Source: Eledone cirrhosa (lineage: Eukaryota). From it: DNA of 64,000 nucleotides. The notes under the pieces are model-generated. The model saw only the letters and a program-made list of their open reading frames with translations, was not told where the DNA came from and ran no database searches. Shown here piece by piece: positions 51,386 through 64,000 of this stretch; the stretch's first letter is position 1; each line of letters begins with the position of its first letter. The stretch spans positions 293,694,001 to 293,758,000 of the forward strand of contig OZ024742.1 in assembly GCA_964016885.1 (NCBI GenBank), given 5' to 3'. Both the position numbers and the translations under genes were made by a program.

Positions 51386-51596
51386 TATAAGGAAAAGAAA
51401 TTGAAAATGCAACTGGAGTCTTTTTAAGAATATTTATTTATTTCCTTCACCGGTTTCACAGTTCTCATGCTTTTCAAAAGTATAATTGAGATGGAGGGTG
51501 TGTGGTTTGTCTTGCATCTGATGCGAAACCGGTAAAGGAAATAAATAAATATTCTTAAAAAGACTCCAGTTGCATTTTTGATTTCTTTTCTTTATA
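51386..51596. repeat. ~75-bp inverted repeat with a ~60-bp spacer, Penelope pseudo-LTR-like
   Basis: AAAATGCAACTGGAGTCTTTTTAAGAATATTTATTTATTTCCTT.ACCGGTTTC and its reverse complement. Confidence 0.9.
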
Positions 51597-51994
51597 TATA
51601 TATATATATGTCCAACCCATGCAAGCATGGAAAAGCAGACATAAACATGATGATGATGATACTTTTATTCTCTTACTGGTTTTTGTCATTAGACAGTGGC
51701 ATTTAACATCCGCTTTCCCCAGGTTGTCAGCAGGCTGGGATGGTACTGACCACATGGTAAGCCAGGAGATTGCATCCCGCTTATGTTCCTGCCCCTACCA
51801 AGTGCTCAGCTATAGCGTTGAGCCACCAGTCATGCTAATAATGATTATAGCTTCCTTTGAGGATTAAGTGAATATATGCTAGGCCAGTTAAGAATGAAGA
51901 CTGTAATATTACTTTATGAACTGCTTAAATTTCCTGGCAGGCCATGCAAACTCTCTTCATTTCAGATACAGAAAACAAATACCAATACTCATAG

Positions 51995-52380
51995 CAGTGG
52001 GAATTCCTGTGAGGTAATCTGTTGAAAGCCACAGACAAAATATGGCTGGAGCAAGGCCACAGAGTAACCTGGCAGTGGAATAGCAGTGTGGACATGGCAA
52101 TTAAAGCTAAGAGGAAGGCATGGGGAAAGCAGGGGACAACACCAAGAGACTAGGAGAGAAGCCAGATACTGAGTATACTCAGCAAGAAGAGAAGAAACAT
52201 CTGGAACCAAAAGGCTTCAAAGTCCACTTAGCTGAGACTAAAGTCATAAAAAGTAGTAAAGATGATATGGACCAGATTCCACCAGGGAAATGACCATCAT
52301 AAATATGCAAAAACAGAGTGGATAAAAATGTTATACAATATACAAAATGTTAATTGTGGATACACAAGAGATACAGTGAG
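51995..52380 (+). mobile_element. Old, internally deleted RTE fragment related to family A
   Basis: Decayed matches to NLLEATD..GWSK..VTWWWN..AVKAKRQAW and to LE.KGLKVN..KTKV..W.HKR. Confidence 0.65.
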
Positions 52381-53878
52381 GTGAGCTCCTGCTGGCCTAC
52401 AAAATGGCCCAAATAGGTTGCATTTATCACCTCTGTTAGTCAAACTCCCTCCCATGTATCCCTGACACAGCACTGGCTCCACCAAACTGGATTGGATGTG
52501 AAAGCACTATATCCGTTGCAATGCTTGGCTTGCACTATCCTAAAGTACATATACTTGCAGCTGGGTACTGCTTGTGAAACCAATCACCTGATGAAACACC
52601 ATTGAAATAAACTTACATCATGAATTCCTTTGATGGAGCCAGCTCAACCCACCCCGGGTGAATGCCACCACAAGTACAAGATACAGTGCAACTTTAGGAA
52701 GGCTAACAAAAATGTAGTCTTTGTATATAGCAGATGCAGAAGAGTGGTAAGCAGGAAGAGCTTACATGAAAACAGGTTCTACCAAATGCCCAGGAGGATG
52801 GTGATGATGGTGGTGGTGGTGGTATATCAAAAGAGTTAAGGTGTACTATTGAATAGCAATTCAGAAAGTGGAAATGACCTTTATTTATAAGGAGAGAAAA
52901 GTAGAAAATCAATGTCTAAACAATTTACAATAATAGTAAAAATCACATTTTGTAGTTGTTATAATAAACTGTGTGTTTATTACAATAAAACATTGACATT
53001 CTGTCAGAGTATATAAAGAGAGAAGCCATGTTGGAATTAAAAGAAATCTCTAAAAATAAAGGTGATGAATGAAGTCATTTGACAGTTTTGTTTTTTTTTT
53101 AATTTTTCAGGAAGCAATCCAATAAGTAACTTTTATTGTGTTATATCAATATAGATTGATATCCAATATTTACTTAATGATTTTTGACAAAGACCAGTTT
53201 CAGGCATGGCTTTGTGGTTAAAGAGTTTACTTTGCAACCATGTGGCTTCAGGTTGAATCCCCTAATGTGCAAGTATCTTCTTGAATTGACCAATGCCTTG
53301 TGAATGAAATTTGGTATGCAAAAGCCTCCCATGTGTATGTGTGCATGCATACGTGCATGCATGCATGTGTGTGTGTGTTTGTTTATGTCCTGAGTTCCTC
53401 GAGGTGGTGTGGCTGTTGCAGCAGGTGTTGCAGCAGGCTATTGTCAATGAGACAACTGAAACTGTCACCCTCTCCTCTTCCTCCTTTCTTTCTTCTGTTG
53501 CCTAGTCTTTGCTCTTGCCCTCCTTTTCCTTTCATTTATGGCATTTATAGTCCTTTCCTTTACTTTCCTATAAAGCCAGATCTGCCCTTCTTTACCACTT
53601 CCCCCTTTTTTCATTACTTTGATCTCAATATGTCTTCCATTGGGTTGTTGTTTTCTACTATAGGTTCAAACTGGCTAATGGTTTCTAAGTGAATTTGGTA
53701 GGCAGAAGCACTGCAGAAGAAACTCATCGTTTATGTGTCTATGTGCGCCTTCACAGGTAGTTAGTGACATTTGTTTATGTACTGCGTATACACTATGTCC
53801 TGTAGCTCATATGAAAAACCAGTGAAATAAAAAATACCTCATCCAACACATGCCAGCATGGAAAAAGTGGATGCAGAA

Positions 53879-54138
53879 ATAATTGTTTCTATTTTTGGCA
53901 CAAAGCCAGCAATTATCCCAGTGCATTACTGGTACTTTATTTTATCAATAATTGTTTCTACTTTAGGCACAAGGCCAGCAATTACCCAGTGCATTACTGG
54001 TACTTTATTTTATTGACCCCGTAAGGATGAAAGGCAAAGTCAACCTCGGCGGGATTTGAACTCAGATCGTAAAGGGACGTAACTATGCTGGAAAGCATGG
54101 CGTCCGACCCTCTACCGATACTGCCAATCCACCGCCCT
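53879..54138 (-). mobile_element. Meta-like SINE (full copy 53948-54138) plus an extra tail fragment
   Basis: Two successive AATAATTGTTTCTA tails; full head ends CCACCGCCC. Confidence 0.9.
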
Positions 54139-54994
54139 TTATTTTATTTTATCAATAATGATGAATTTAGGTTGTCTCACTTTTCAAAATCTGCACAAAA
54201 TATTTCACTGAATCCTTCTGCTACACAATTGTATGCATTCTACCCACAATGATTTTTGCAGACATTTACTGAAAGATATATCATATACAGACACATATGG
54301 CTGCAATTTGAAACTGAATACTAAAAATTCTAGGAGCAGCTGAAGTAAAACTGAGATGTACATTAACTTTTAATGTCCTGTACCTCATAAAACCACATTA
54401 GCAATACATGCTTAAAAAGTACAAAACAACACTGACTATATCACATTAATAATTAAAGTTTTTATTCAAATACTTCATTATTTTACAACAATCTGTCCAC
54501 TAGTAAAGATACTACAAACATTTGAATTAACAAACCTGTTTTAAGATATTTTGTGTTAAATCATTTCAAGATGTTAAGAGTTAAAGTACATACATAATGA
54601 GCCCACAGTTTTCCTAGTTAATATGAACAGTCATCTCTATGTTTGTTGTCATTTTGGCCAAAAAGTAGAAACAATTAAAATATACAATGGCAGAAACAAC
54701 CAAAATTATAATTGCAAAATTAATCAATGTTGAAAATTCAAAAGCTTTTTAACCAACAACGATATAAAAAGAATCTCTAGTAAGAACAGTAGATAATTTA
54801 CAATTTAAATCTTAAATTCAGATTTCAGCTAATATCAATCAATATTAAATTGCTTCTATTTGCTATCCATTTATTAAGTGTGTATTTTAATAATTTATTT
54901 TTTAATTTAACAAAAAAGTTATCTATTGGGAATATGCTGCAATGTTATTTCAAAAAGCTAACTCATCTATTTTACAAAAAAAAAAAATGAGTAT

Positions 54995-55213
54995 TTAACA
55001 CTTTAGCATTTAAACTGGCCGTATCCAGCCAGAACTCTCTCACCTCTTTCTGTTCAAACTGGCCGCTCATACCTACATTAATGTATTGTTCTCAAAATAA
55101 ATAACATGAACATCTTGTAGATTCGATATTATGCGAGATAATTACGTAAGATAAAGCCATTACTGTGAAATTACAATAGTAAATGTAGAATAATTTAAAT
55201 GCTAAAGGGTTGA
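54995..55213. mobile_element. piggyBac-type MITE P1
   Basis: Matches 29046-29272. Confidence 0.82.
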
Positions 55214-55669
55214 CTCTTTCAATACCAGCCCACCTGAAAGCCTGCCTTGTTTTAAGATACAAAACTGTACATTGATACTAGCACTTTTGATACCAACCTG
55301 AACAAAAACCAGCTCTGGTTCTGTGAAACAAACATCCATTTAAAGGGTTCCTAATTAACTCTTAACATCTTGTAATGATTTAGTAGACATTATCTAAAAA
55401 CTGGTTTGTTAATTCAGATGTTTATAGTATCTTTGCTGGTGGATAGATCATTGTGAAAATTTGCATTGTGAGTTTCAGTGACTTGAGGTCAGCTCTTACC
55501 ACCTCTGCCCAGGTCTTTCTCAGTCTACTTCTACTGCGGCTTCCATCCCTGGCATTTCTTGGCACCCATTGATCATGGTGATGATTATATTTATGATAAT
55601 TATGATGGTGCTGATGATGGTTATGATTATAATGATTATGATGATGGTGATGATAATGACTCTACAAAT

Positions 55670-55817
55670 TAATTGTTTCTACTTTTGGCACAAGGCCAGC
55701 AATTATCCCAGTACATTACTGGTACTTTATTTTATCGACCCCGTAAGGATGAAAGGCAAAGTAAACCTCGGTGGGATTTGAACTCAGATCGTAAAGGGAC
55801 GTAACTATGCTGGAAAG
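55670..55817 (-). mobile_element. 5'-truncated Meta-like SINE with TSD CTACAAATTAAT
   Basis: TSD at 55662 and 55818. Confidence 0.9.
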
Positions 55818-56996
55818 CTACAAATTAATATCTGCTCATTCTTTACTCTATTGTAACCATGTTTTTATTGAAATACAATGCCTCTGTGTTTAAGGTTTTA
55901 AAAAATAATGAATTCTTTTACATATATTGTTATATTAAGCTGATATTTGGAATATAACTTTATGGAATACAATATTAATTTACTTTTACGTATTTGTTCT
56001 GCAAAATCCTTGATGTGAATTCATGTGTTGAAACTGACATTGTTATATTTGGGGATGGTCATGTTGCCAATATTACCAATAGACAGAAACACACGCACCA
56101 TATAATTTTCACTTTATCTTTATCTTTATTTGTGATTCGTTCGTTTGTGAAAATTCTTTCGTCACACATTCTGTGACCTCCACAATGACTATCTGTTTTG
56201 TGCCTCCTCTTTTTCTTGGTCTTAAACTTCTACTCCACCTTGTCTTTAATTTATATCATCATCAAAATCCTTTTATGTCAGCTCTCTGTGTTGGCATGGG
56301 TTGGCAAGGTCATCACAGTGAGAATCAGTTATAATTTAAATTATTGCCCCCCTCAGATGGATCAATGTACTACATCACACTTGTACATTCTATTTTTGGC
56401 ATGGTTTCTACAGCTAAATACCCTTTCTAACACAAACCACTTTACATAGTGCATTTTATCATGGCACCAGCACTAGAAAGATTATTATGTCCTCAGCACA
56501 ACTAAAGGGTCCTCTTAACTCTATGTTGTCTCAACATGTTCAACTATTTTACAGGATGTACTCAATACATTTTATCATGACACCAGCACTAGAAGTTGTT
56601 ATGTGCTCTTAACCTTATGATGATTGTTAGATAGCCAACCACATTTTTGGATGGTTTCCCTTCTTCTGACCAACCACTCTGCAAATTACAGAGGGTGCTT
56701 TTCATTGTGGCCCCAGCACCAGTGAGTTTATCTTGTGTCTCACATGACTAAAGAGTACTCATTACTCAACACTATTCCCATTCCTTCAAGACAACATGAC
56801 CAAGAGTGTAAATAGAAGAGAGAAAGCAATGACAATATGAACATTTTAAACCTTTTTATGGCCTAATTTCAATTAATTAGTGAAGAATTTTGAGGGATTA
56901 ATGAAATTATATATTATTTCATTACTAAGATAGTAATTTAACATATGGGTCTTATACAAAATTATGTTGGAAGATTTTAATTTAAACAGGAACTCT

Positions 56997-57224
56997 TTAA
57001 CTCTTTAGCATTTGGATTACTCTATATTTATTGTATTTTCACTGTAATTATCCCACATAATTATCTCATAATTATCTCACATAATATCAAATCTATGAGA
57101 TTTCGATATTTATTTTGAGAACAATACCTTAACATCAGTATGAGTGGTCGTTACAACTGTTTTGAACAGAAAGAGGTGAGAGAATTCTAGATGGATACAG
57201 CCAGTTTAAATGCTAAAGGGTTAA
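56997..57224. mobile_element. MITE P1 nested at a TTAA within MITE P2 (~56846-57295)
   Basis: P2 sequence ..CTTTAA|AATGGGTGG is split by the P1 termini. Confidence 0.8.
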
Positions 57225-58631
57225 AATGGGTGGGTTTTTGTCATTATTTTTCATACATGAGCCAGTTTTTGCTGGATTGGTATTAAAAGAATTAAAAGAG
57301 ACAGCTTCATATCAGAGATACCAGAGACAGTTTCAGACAGACTGTTATCAGAAGGGTTAATCTAAATTTAAATTAAAAGCCAAATTTCAAACAGCTAAAA
57401 TAAAAAATTATATTCTAATTATATAATTTGCATATAACAAGATTTCTAAAAAACAAAATATTTATTAGCATAATTAACATAATGTTTGTTTGTTTGTTTG
57501 TTTCATGTCAGCTTTGATTGATCAGGTCTATGATCAAATGTGTTCTAGCAGCAATAACAGAGAATTAAATGAGTTTGACTGTTATTTTTAGAAAATGAAT
57601 CAGTCATATACAGGTTTCATTGATTTGTTAACTTAATGTCACTTCAAGATATGTATATATGTGTGTCTTTACATAATGTCTTCATGACACCACATAAACT
57701 GGTGCCATTTGTTTATACCCTGCATAAACAATATATCACACAGCATAGCAGTTTGATAGGTAGAGAAATGTTTCATACTTCAAAATTATGGCTGGCATTA
57801 GGAAGAGCATCTAGCTGTAAAATACTGCTTCAAAAAGGTTTCATACGGCACATCCCAGCATGGAAAAAAAATGGACGAAAAAATGATGGTGGTGGTGGTG
57901 GTTGTGATGTGATGATAATGGTGATGATGGTGATGATGATGATGAGGAAGAGGGGGAAGATGAAATGTAGGAAAATTGAATGAAACCAATATTTCTTTAG
58001 CACCTCTTGTTTCTACTCTGATTCTGTCATATAACTTCTTTGTCTTGCTCATCCATTGTTCTGGTTCTCATAATATTTAGCTCCTAATATTGGTCAATAA
58101 CTAATCAATTATCAGTACACCCCTACTTCTTATTTAGCAACTGGTAGCATGGCTACTATCAATATTTCAGTGATTACAATCATTTAATGTAATCAGACAT
58201 CAATAATGGATCAATCAAGTTCACTATTGACATATTCCAATAGCATTTTAAACTGTCAGAACCAGTTGAAGTAATTGGTGTAGACAAATATGGTGTAACT
58301 CCAACTGATATTGACTTGGCTGTTCAGTCTTACATTTAGCAAACTCAACAATGCATCATTTAAGACAAGAACTAGAAATATTAGTAAAAGAACATAGAGG
58401 GCTCTGCAGTATTTGCTCTGGCTCTCTGTACTCTGAGTTCAAATCCTGTTAAAGTCAACGGTGTTGTTCATTACCATTCTTATACTTCCATTTTTCCATG
58501 CTGGCATAGGTTAGACAAGTTGACCAAATGTGAGCCAAGTCAGATCAGACAACTGTATCTTGTTCACACTGGACCGATTTTTGCTTGATTTCAACGGCTG
58601 AATGCCCTTCCTAACAATATACATATATATA

Positions 58632-58719
58632 TCTTCTTAGGTTCTTCCATGCTGTTCACCGCATTGAGCAGTAAGTAGTCGCCAATGGTCATGATCAGTG
58701 GCGGCTTTTCCGTGTCCAA
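58632..58719 (-). mobile_element. Very short RTE-type LINE 3' end (family G) within (TA)n
   Basis: Translates to KAATDHDHWRLLTAQCGEQHGRT* then GAAGA; a GC-rich island between TA repeats. Confidence 0.6.
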
Positions 58720-58812
58720 TATATATATATATATATATTTATACACACACACTCGAGAATAAAAAGGAAAAATGCGCAGTCTACTATTCTCAGAAACAGC
58801 CATTATCAATTG

Positions 58813-59135
58813 ATGCCTACAAAGTCAGAAAACAGCACAGCTCCCATGACTTTCGGAAACATTTTTTCACGCTCAGAGTTGCTGAAGCATGGAACAAACT
58901 GCCTGCTTCAGTTGTTAGCTGCCGAGACACTGCATCCTTTAAAACCCTCATGCTTCTCGAAATTCGCCAAAACTACACCTGATGTCCCCCTTCCATACAC
59001 ATACACACGTGTATATCATGACTCATGCACTGTTCATTTTCCTGACATTTGTACATTGCCCTATGTACTATACATACACTTTTGATGAGTTGTAGTGCAC
59101 CTGAGCACTGCACACAATATTTTCATTATTATTAT
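58813..59135 (+). mobile_element. 3' fragment of the CR1/L2-group LINE
   Basis: AYKVRKQHSSHDFRKHFFTLRVAEAWNKLP, then 3'UTR and (TTA)n. Confidence 0.92.
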
Positions 59136-59866
59136 ATTTCCTACTATATCAAGCATAAAACTAATAATATATTTCTTCATTGTACTGTGTCATTTTGCTT
59201 TGTTATTTCTGTTTGCCTTTTGCATATATATATATATAAACAAGACCTTCATAGCTCCAACCAGTCTATTCACCTTCAATAACTGCCCTAAATATACATA
59301 CACTTATACTACACATATATACACTATATACATCTATAGAACAAACAAGCAATCATTGAATGCCACAAAGCCAACAATAAACAAAGCATATAAACACACA
59401 CACACACACGTATATATATATATATATATATATACATACATACATACACACACGCATACACATATGCAAAACTACTCTAACGTGCTGATGCACACACAAT
59501 AGACACATTAAATATTTACAAATATACACACATTTATATTTAAGTACATATGTACAAAATACACAAAAATATATACACATACATATGAATGCAAGATTTT
59601 TCCAGAAAAAAAGGAAAAATACTTTTCAAAATACACAAGGTTTGAAATATCTATTAGATAGAAAGATATCCTGGAGACAATCTAGTAAATATTTATCACT
59701 ATCTCATGTCAGTTAAATGGAAACCTTTTATGAAAAGAAATGGGAGATATTACTTTACACTTTTAACCCTTTCGTTACTGTATTTGGAATGAAAGACATT
59801 GCATATGGTTTGTGAATAATTTTGAAAATAAAAAATTTGAAAGGATTTAATAAAATATTAAATCCC

Positions 59867-60213
59867 TAGTATCGGTAGAGGGTTGGACACCATGCTTTCT
59901 AGCATAGTTACGTCCCTTTAAGGTTTGAGTTCAAATCCCGCCGAGGTTAACTTTGCCTTTCATCCTTACAGGGTCGATAAAATAAAGTACCAGTAATGTA
60001 CTGGGTAATTGCTGGCCTTGTGCCTAAGGTAGAAACAATTATTAAGCTGAGTCGGACGCCATGCTTTGACGCATAGAGTTACGGCCCTTGCCATTCTGAG
60101 TTCAAATCCCACTGAGGTTAACTTTGCCTTTCATCCTTACGGGGTCGATAAAATAAAATACCAGTAATACACTGGGTAATTGCTGGCCTTGTGCCAAAAG
60201 TAGAAACAATTAT
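59867..60213 (+). mobile_element. Two tandem Meta-like SINEs inside a P2-related MITE
   Basis: Two family cores; ATTATTAAGCTG is repeated after each copy. Confidence 0.88.
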
Positions 60214-60419
60214 TAAGCTGGTATTTAAAGTATAACTTAAAGGTTCTTATATAACATGATGATGGAAAGGTTTTAGGTAAATATAAACACTTCAAACAAA
60301 CAATTCTATATCATAAAACCAGGTGTGATTTCTGTCAGTTTGGTATGAAAAAGGATAAAATAAACAACTTAGTATTGTAATTCCTGGGTGTGGTTTCAAG
60401 TGGTTTGATATCAAAAGGT

Positions 60420-60624
60420 TTAACCCTTTAATATTCAAACCGGCCAAAATTCCCTACCTTTTTCTGTTGAAACTGGCTGTAACTGGTCACTCAAACTGAT
60501 GTTAAGGTATTGTTCTCAAAATAAATACTTTCAAAATCTCATAGATTCGATCTTATGTGAGATAAAGCATTTACCATGAAAATATAATAGTATATATAGA
60601 GTAATGTGAATACTAAAGGGTTAA
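60420..60624. mobile_element. piggyBac-type MITE P1 (further copies ~62713-62934 and 63239-63445)
   Basis: TTAACCCTTTA...TACTAAAGGGTTAA. Confidence 0.82.
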
Positions 60625-60669
60625 TACGATTAGCTTCATTACTTATAATTTTGAAGCCAGCAGAAAATA

Positions 60670-60970
60670 ATACACTGCCTTCTATAAGAAAGTTAATTCC
60701 TCTCTCTCATTGACACTCTCCAATCTACTCCAAGGAGCTTCCTAAAGTCATATCCTCTCCACCCAGGCACACCGCACTCAGTCATCCCTCCTCGTCTGCC
60801 TCTCATCACCCATATTGTGTTCAACAACCCAGGCTCTTTATTAACCACTACATCTGGTACTTCCTGTCCAAAACATCAGCCATATGTAACTCCCTTGTTG
60901 CTCATGTCTCTCCAAAAGAAGTGGCTCAGTAACAATTTAAACAGAACATCAACAGCATTCATCTCTCAGG
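60670..60970 (+). mobile_element. Ancient Jockey/CR1-like LINE C-terminal remnant
   Basis: Decayed RKVNSSL, SKEL, HPYCV, HY..YFLSKTSAICNSL and FKQNIN pattern, read across frames. Confidence 0.45.
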
Positions 60971-61714
60971 TCACAGAGGTCCTGTGAAGGCCCTTGGCTC
61001 TGACCCTTCTTCCAGACTTTACAATTTATGTATTAATTTATTAGTGAAGTGATGATGAAACAAAAATATAAAACAAGGGCAATAATCCTCACTTACATGA
61101 CAGACGGGATGCATCACTCTGTCACAAGATTAAACACCCTCCCACTCAATCACAAGTAAAAGGCAAACCCTTACTGAGTAAAGGAGTTTGAAAATATCCA
61201 GCACCAGAATAACTTTTGTTAACCCTTTCATTGCCATATTTCTAATGAAATACAGTGCCTATGATTTTCAATTCCTTTTGCAAATGATCAAGAACTTAAA
61301 GTGCTTTAGTAATATAACTTTCTCATAATTAAGCTACTGTTAAGAAGCTTCTTACTCTCTTGTCCCAAATAATGTGGGGGGAGATCGGCAATTTTTCTAG
61401 GTTGTATCTGTTGATTTTTTAAAAACCAGAATTAGGCATTTGGTTTACATATTGAGACCTCAAGCCCTCCTATTTATTTTATGGGATTTCTTGTAATATA
61501 CTTTTTTGCCATGTACAATGTCTTAATTTTTGCAAAGCAACCTGTGGTCTTCAGTTTCTATTACTTGTAAAAGATAAATTGGTGTGGTTTGTATTGTAGA
61601 AGTGAAAGAAGAGAAACAATAGAGATATCAAAGTAACCTTAGATACTACTGTTAGTACACCTAGACAGCTACCACCAGTACATACACAGAACTACAACAA
61701 TTGCCACTAAACAC

Positions 61715-62095
61715 ACAACTACTACCATCACCACCTCCACCACAACCGCCACAATAACACACACAACCTAAACCACCAACACCACACACAACCACCACAA
61801 TTACACACAATCTCAACCAACACATACAGCCACCACCACAATAACACACACAACCACCAACTCAGCTACCAACACCACACTCAAGTACCACAATAACACA
61901 AAGCCTCAACCACCCCCACAACCACCCCCACCAACATCACGCACACAACTACCACACACAACCACCAACTCAGCTACCAACACCACACTCAAGCACCACA
62001 ATCACACACACATCCTCAACCATCAACACCCCACCAAATACACAACCACCACCACCATTACACACAACCACAAATTCTAACAATTCACACACAAA
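61715..62095. repeat. CA-rich degenerate tandem repeat
   Basis: Repeated ACCACCACAATAACACACACA-like units. Confidence 0.85.
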
Positions 62096-64000
62096 ATCAA
62101 ATTACACAATTTCTTTTAATACTATAATGACCTAAAAATACTTTTCCTTATCACCCTCACCATCACCACCCTCATTACCATCATCATCGCCATAAGCAAT
62201 GCCATCATTATCATCATGTTTATGTATGGATTGGACCATTGCTTGTGTGTGTGGGGGGGGGGGCTATCATCATTGTTACACATGACATTTATGTCATTTG
62301 TGTTGACATGACACAAAATAAACCACAAACTAAACACAGGACTCCACAAATTCTATAGTAAATACATTCAATAAATAATTACAAACGCTTCCAAAAATCA
62401 ATTTATTTCACAAAGCAACATTTAAAAAAATGCAACCTCCAATTACACAACAGAAACAGCCAACCTGATAAAAACCAGGAACAACTACAAATAATAAACC
62501 AACAGAACTCAATTTTAACATGAAACAACTAAAGACATAAAAAATATAAACCATGGTAAAACAGAAAACATTTGTCTATTGAATAAACCCGAAAACAAGC
62601 AGGAAGGAAAACATGAGAATAATTAGTAACATTAACAACAACAGCTATAACACACCTCATGTCACAGTTGCTACTTCAATGGCACCCACAATATAACAAC
62701 AAACAAACACCCTTGACCCTTTAGCTTTTATATTACTCTATATTTACTATTGTATTTTCATGGTAAAGGCTTTACCTCACATAATTATCTCACATATCAA
62801 ATCTACAAGATTTTGGTATCTATTTTGAAAACAATATCTTATCAGTATGAGCAGCCAGTTACAATAGTTTGAACAAAAAGAGGTGAGAGAATTCTGGCCA
62901 GATATGACCAGTTTAAATGCATTTTAAAGGGTTAAAATGCATTTAAAGGGGTTAAAATCCCACAAAAAAAGACAGGAACCCAAAATGCAAAATCACCTAG
63001 ATTATGACCGGCTATTTCTTTCCTTCAATCAGACACCAGAAAAACAGCTTGGGAGCCTGACAAAAACCAGAGCCTTACACTTAAAATACCCAGAGACTGA
63101 TCACAGAACACACCAACATCAACATTACCAAATTCCAACAATCTGGAATTCAAGCAAAAGTGAAGCAGCAATCACACAGAGTCATTATCCTCTTATGCAC
63201 ACCTTCAAACATTTTAGACAAACTCACACTCGATACCATTAACCCTTTAGCATTTACATTACTCTATATATACTATTGTATTTTTGTGGTAAAGGCTTTA
63301 TCTCACATAATATCGAATCTATGAGATTTTGATGTTATTTATTGAGAACAATACCTTAACATAAGTATGAGCAGACAGTTACGACAGTTTGAACAAAACA
63401 AAGGCGAGAGAATTCTGGCTGGATACGGCCGGTTTAAATGCTAAAACACCCAGAGACTAAAGTATTCACAGGATTCATCAACATTACCAAATTCCTCTTA
63501 TTCACATCTTCAAAGATTTTAAAGAAACTCACGTTCGATACCATTAACCCACACATTACCCTCTCCAAATGACAATGCAAATTTAGACTACTATACTATT
63601 CACATTGAGAATACTTGATAACTTGAACAACTGAAAACCTCTACACACACTTCTCTAACAACCTTCAATATCATAACACCTGTCATAACTCAATATCATA
63701 ACTCCATCTCTTGATAGCCACTTATACACAAAATACTCAAAACCTCTTTAAAAACAAATACAAAATACAGCATTACAAATTACCTGTCAGATTGCCAAAT
63801 GTACAGCGTGTAGAGAAACACACACACACAGTCAGAATTTGTGATTTGCCTTCATAAACTACCACCCATCCCTTTTATATTATACCTACATGATGACATT
63901 CTCATACCTATTCAAAACAAACATACATCCTTATAAGCAGATAACATCATTGCACTGACATCCCCTTGCACCATTCTCCAGATACAGCTGCATAACCACT

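Noticed and set aside
52580-52625. Second hammerhead candidate (CTGATGA..GAAA)
   Set aside because: Stems I and III cannot be formed convincingly.
62400-64000. A/C-rich region with ORF 62937-63242 as a host exon
   Set aside because: The ORF starts in a duplicated MITE end and has no recognisable domain; probably a decayed retroelement that I cannot classify.

Overview
AT-rich, repeat-saturated animal genomic DNA. The mix of RTE-clade LINEs with (GAT)n tails, tRNA-derived CORE-like and Meta-like SINEs, TTAA MITEs and dense (TA)/(CA)/(GAT) microsatellites suggests a coleoid cephalopod (octopus-like); this is an inference. No host protein-coding gene can be assembled. Every long ORF is either retrotransposon ORF2 or a translation of simple repeats, so the window reads as a very large intron or intergenic region. 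I found no new multi-gene system. The strongest leads are: (1) a textbook recursive-splicing (ratchet) motif on the minus strand at 37115/37116, plus a possible signal-peptide first exon on the same strand; (2) a type I hammerhead-like fold in a Penelope-like remnant at 24189-24256; (3) two different RTE families fused 5'-to-5' with tails pointing outward into a (TA)n tract; (4) modular tail exchange among LINEs and SINEs; (5) a PHD-like C4HC3 finger inside the RTE ORF2; (6) repeated use of TA/CA microsatellites as landing sites by several LINE families. Family letters A-G and P1-P3 are my own labels. Coordinates were read by eye and may be off by a few bases.
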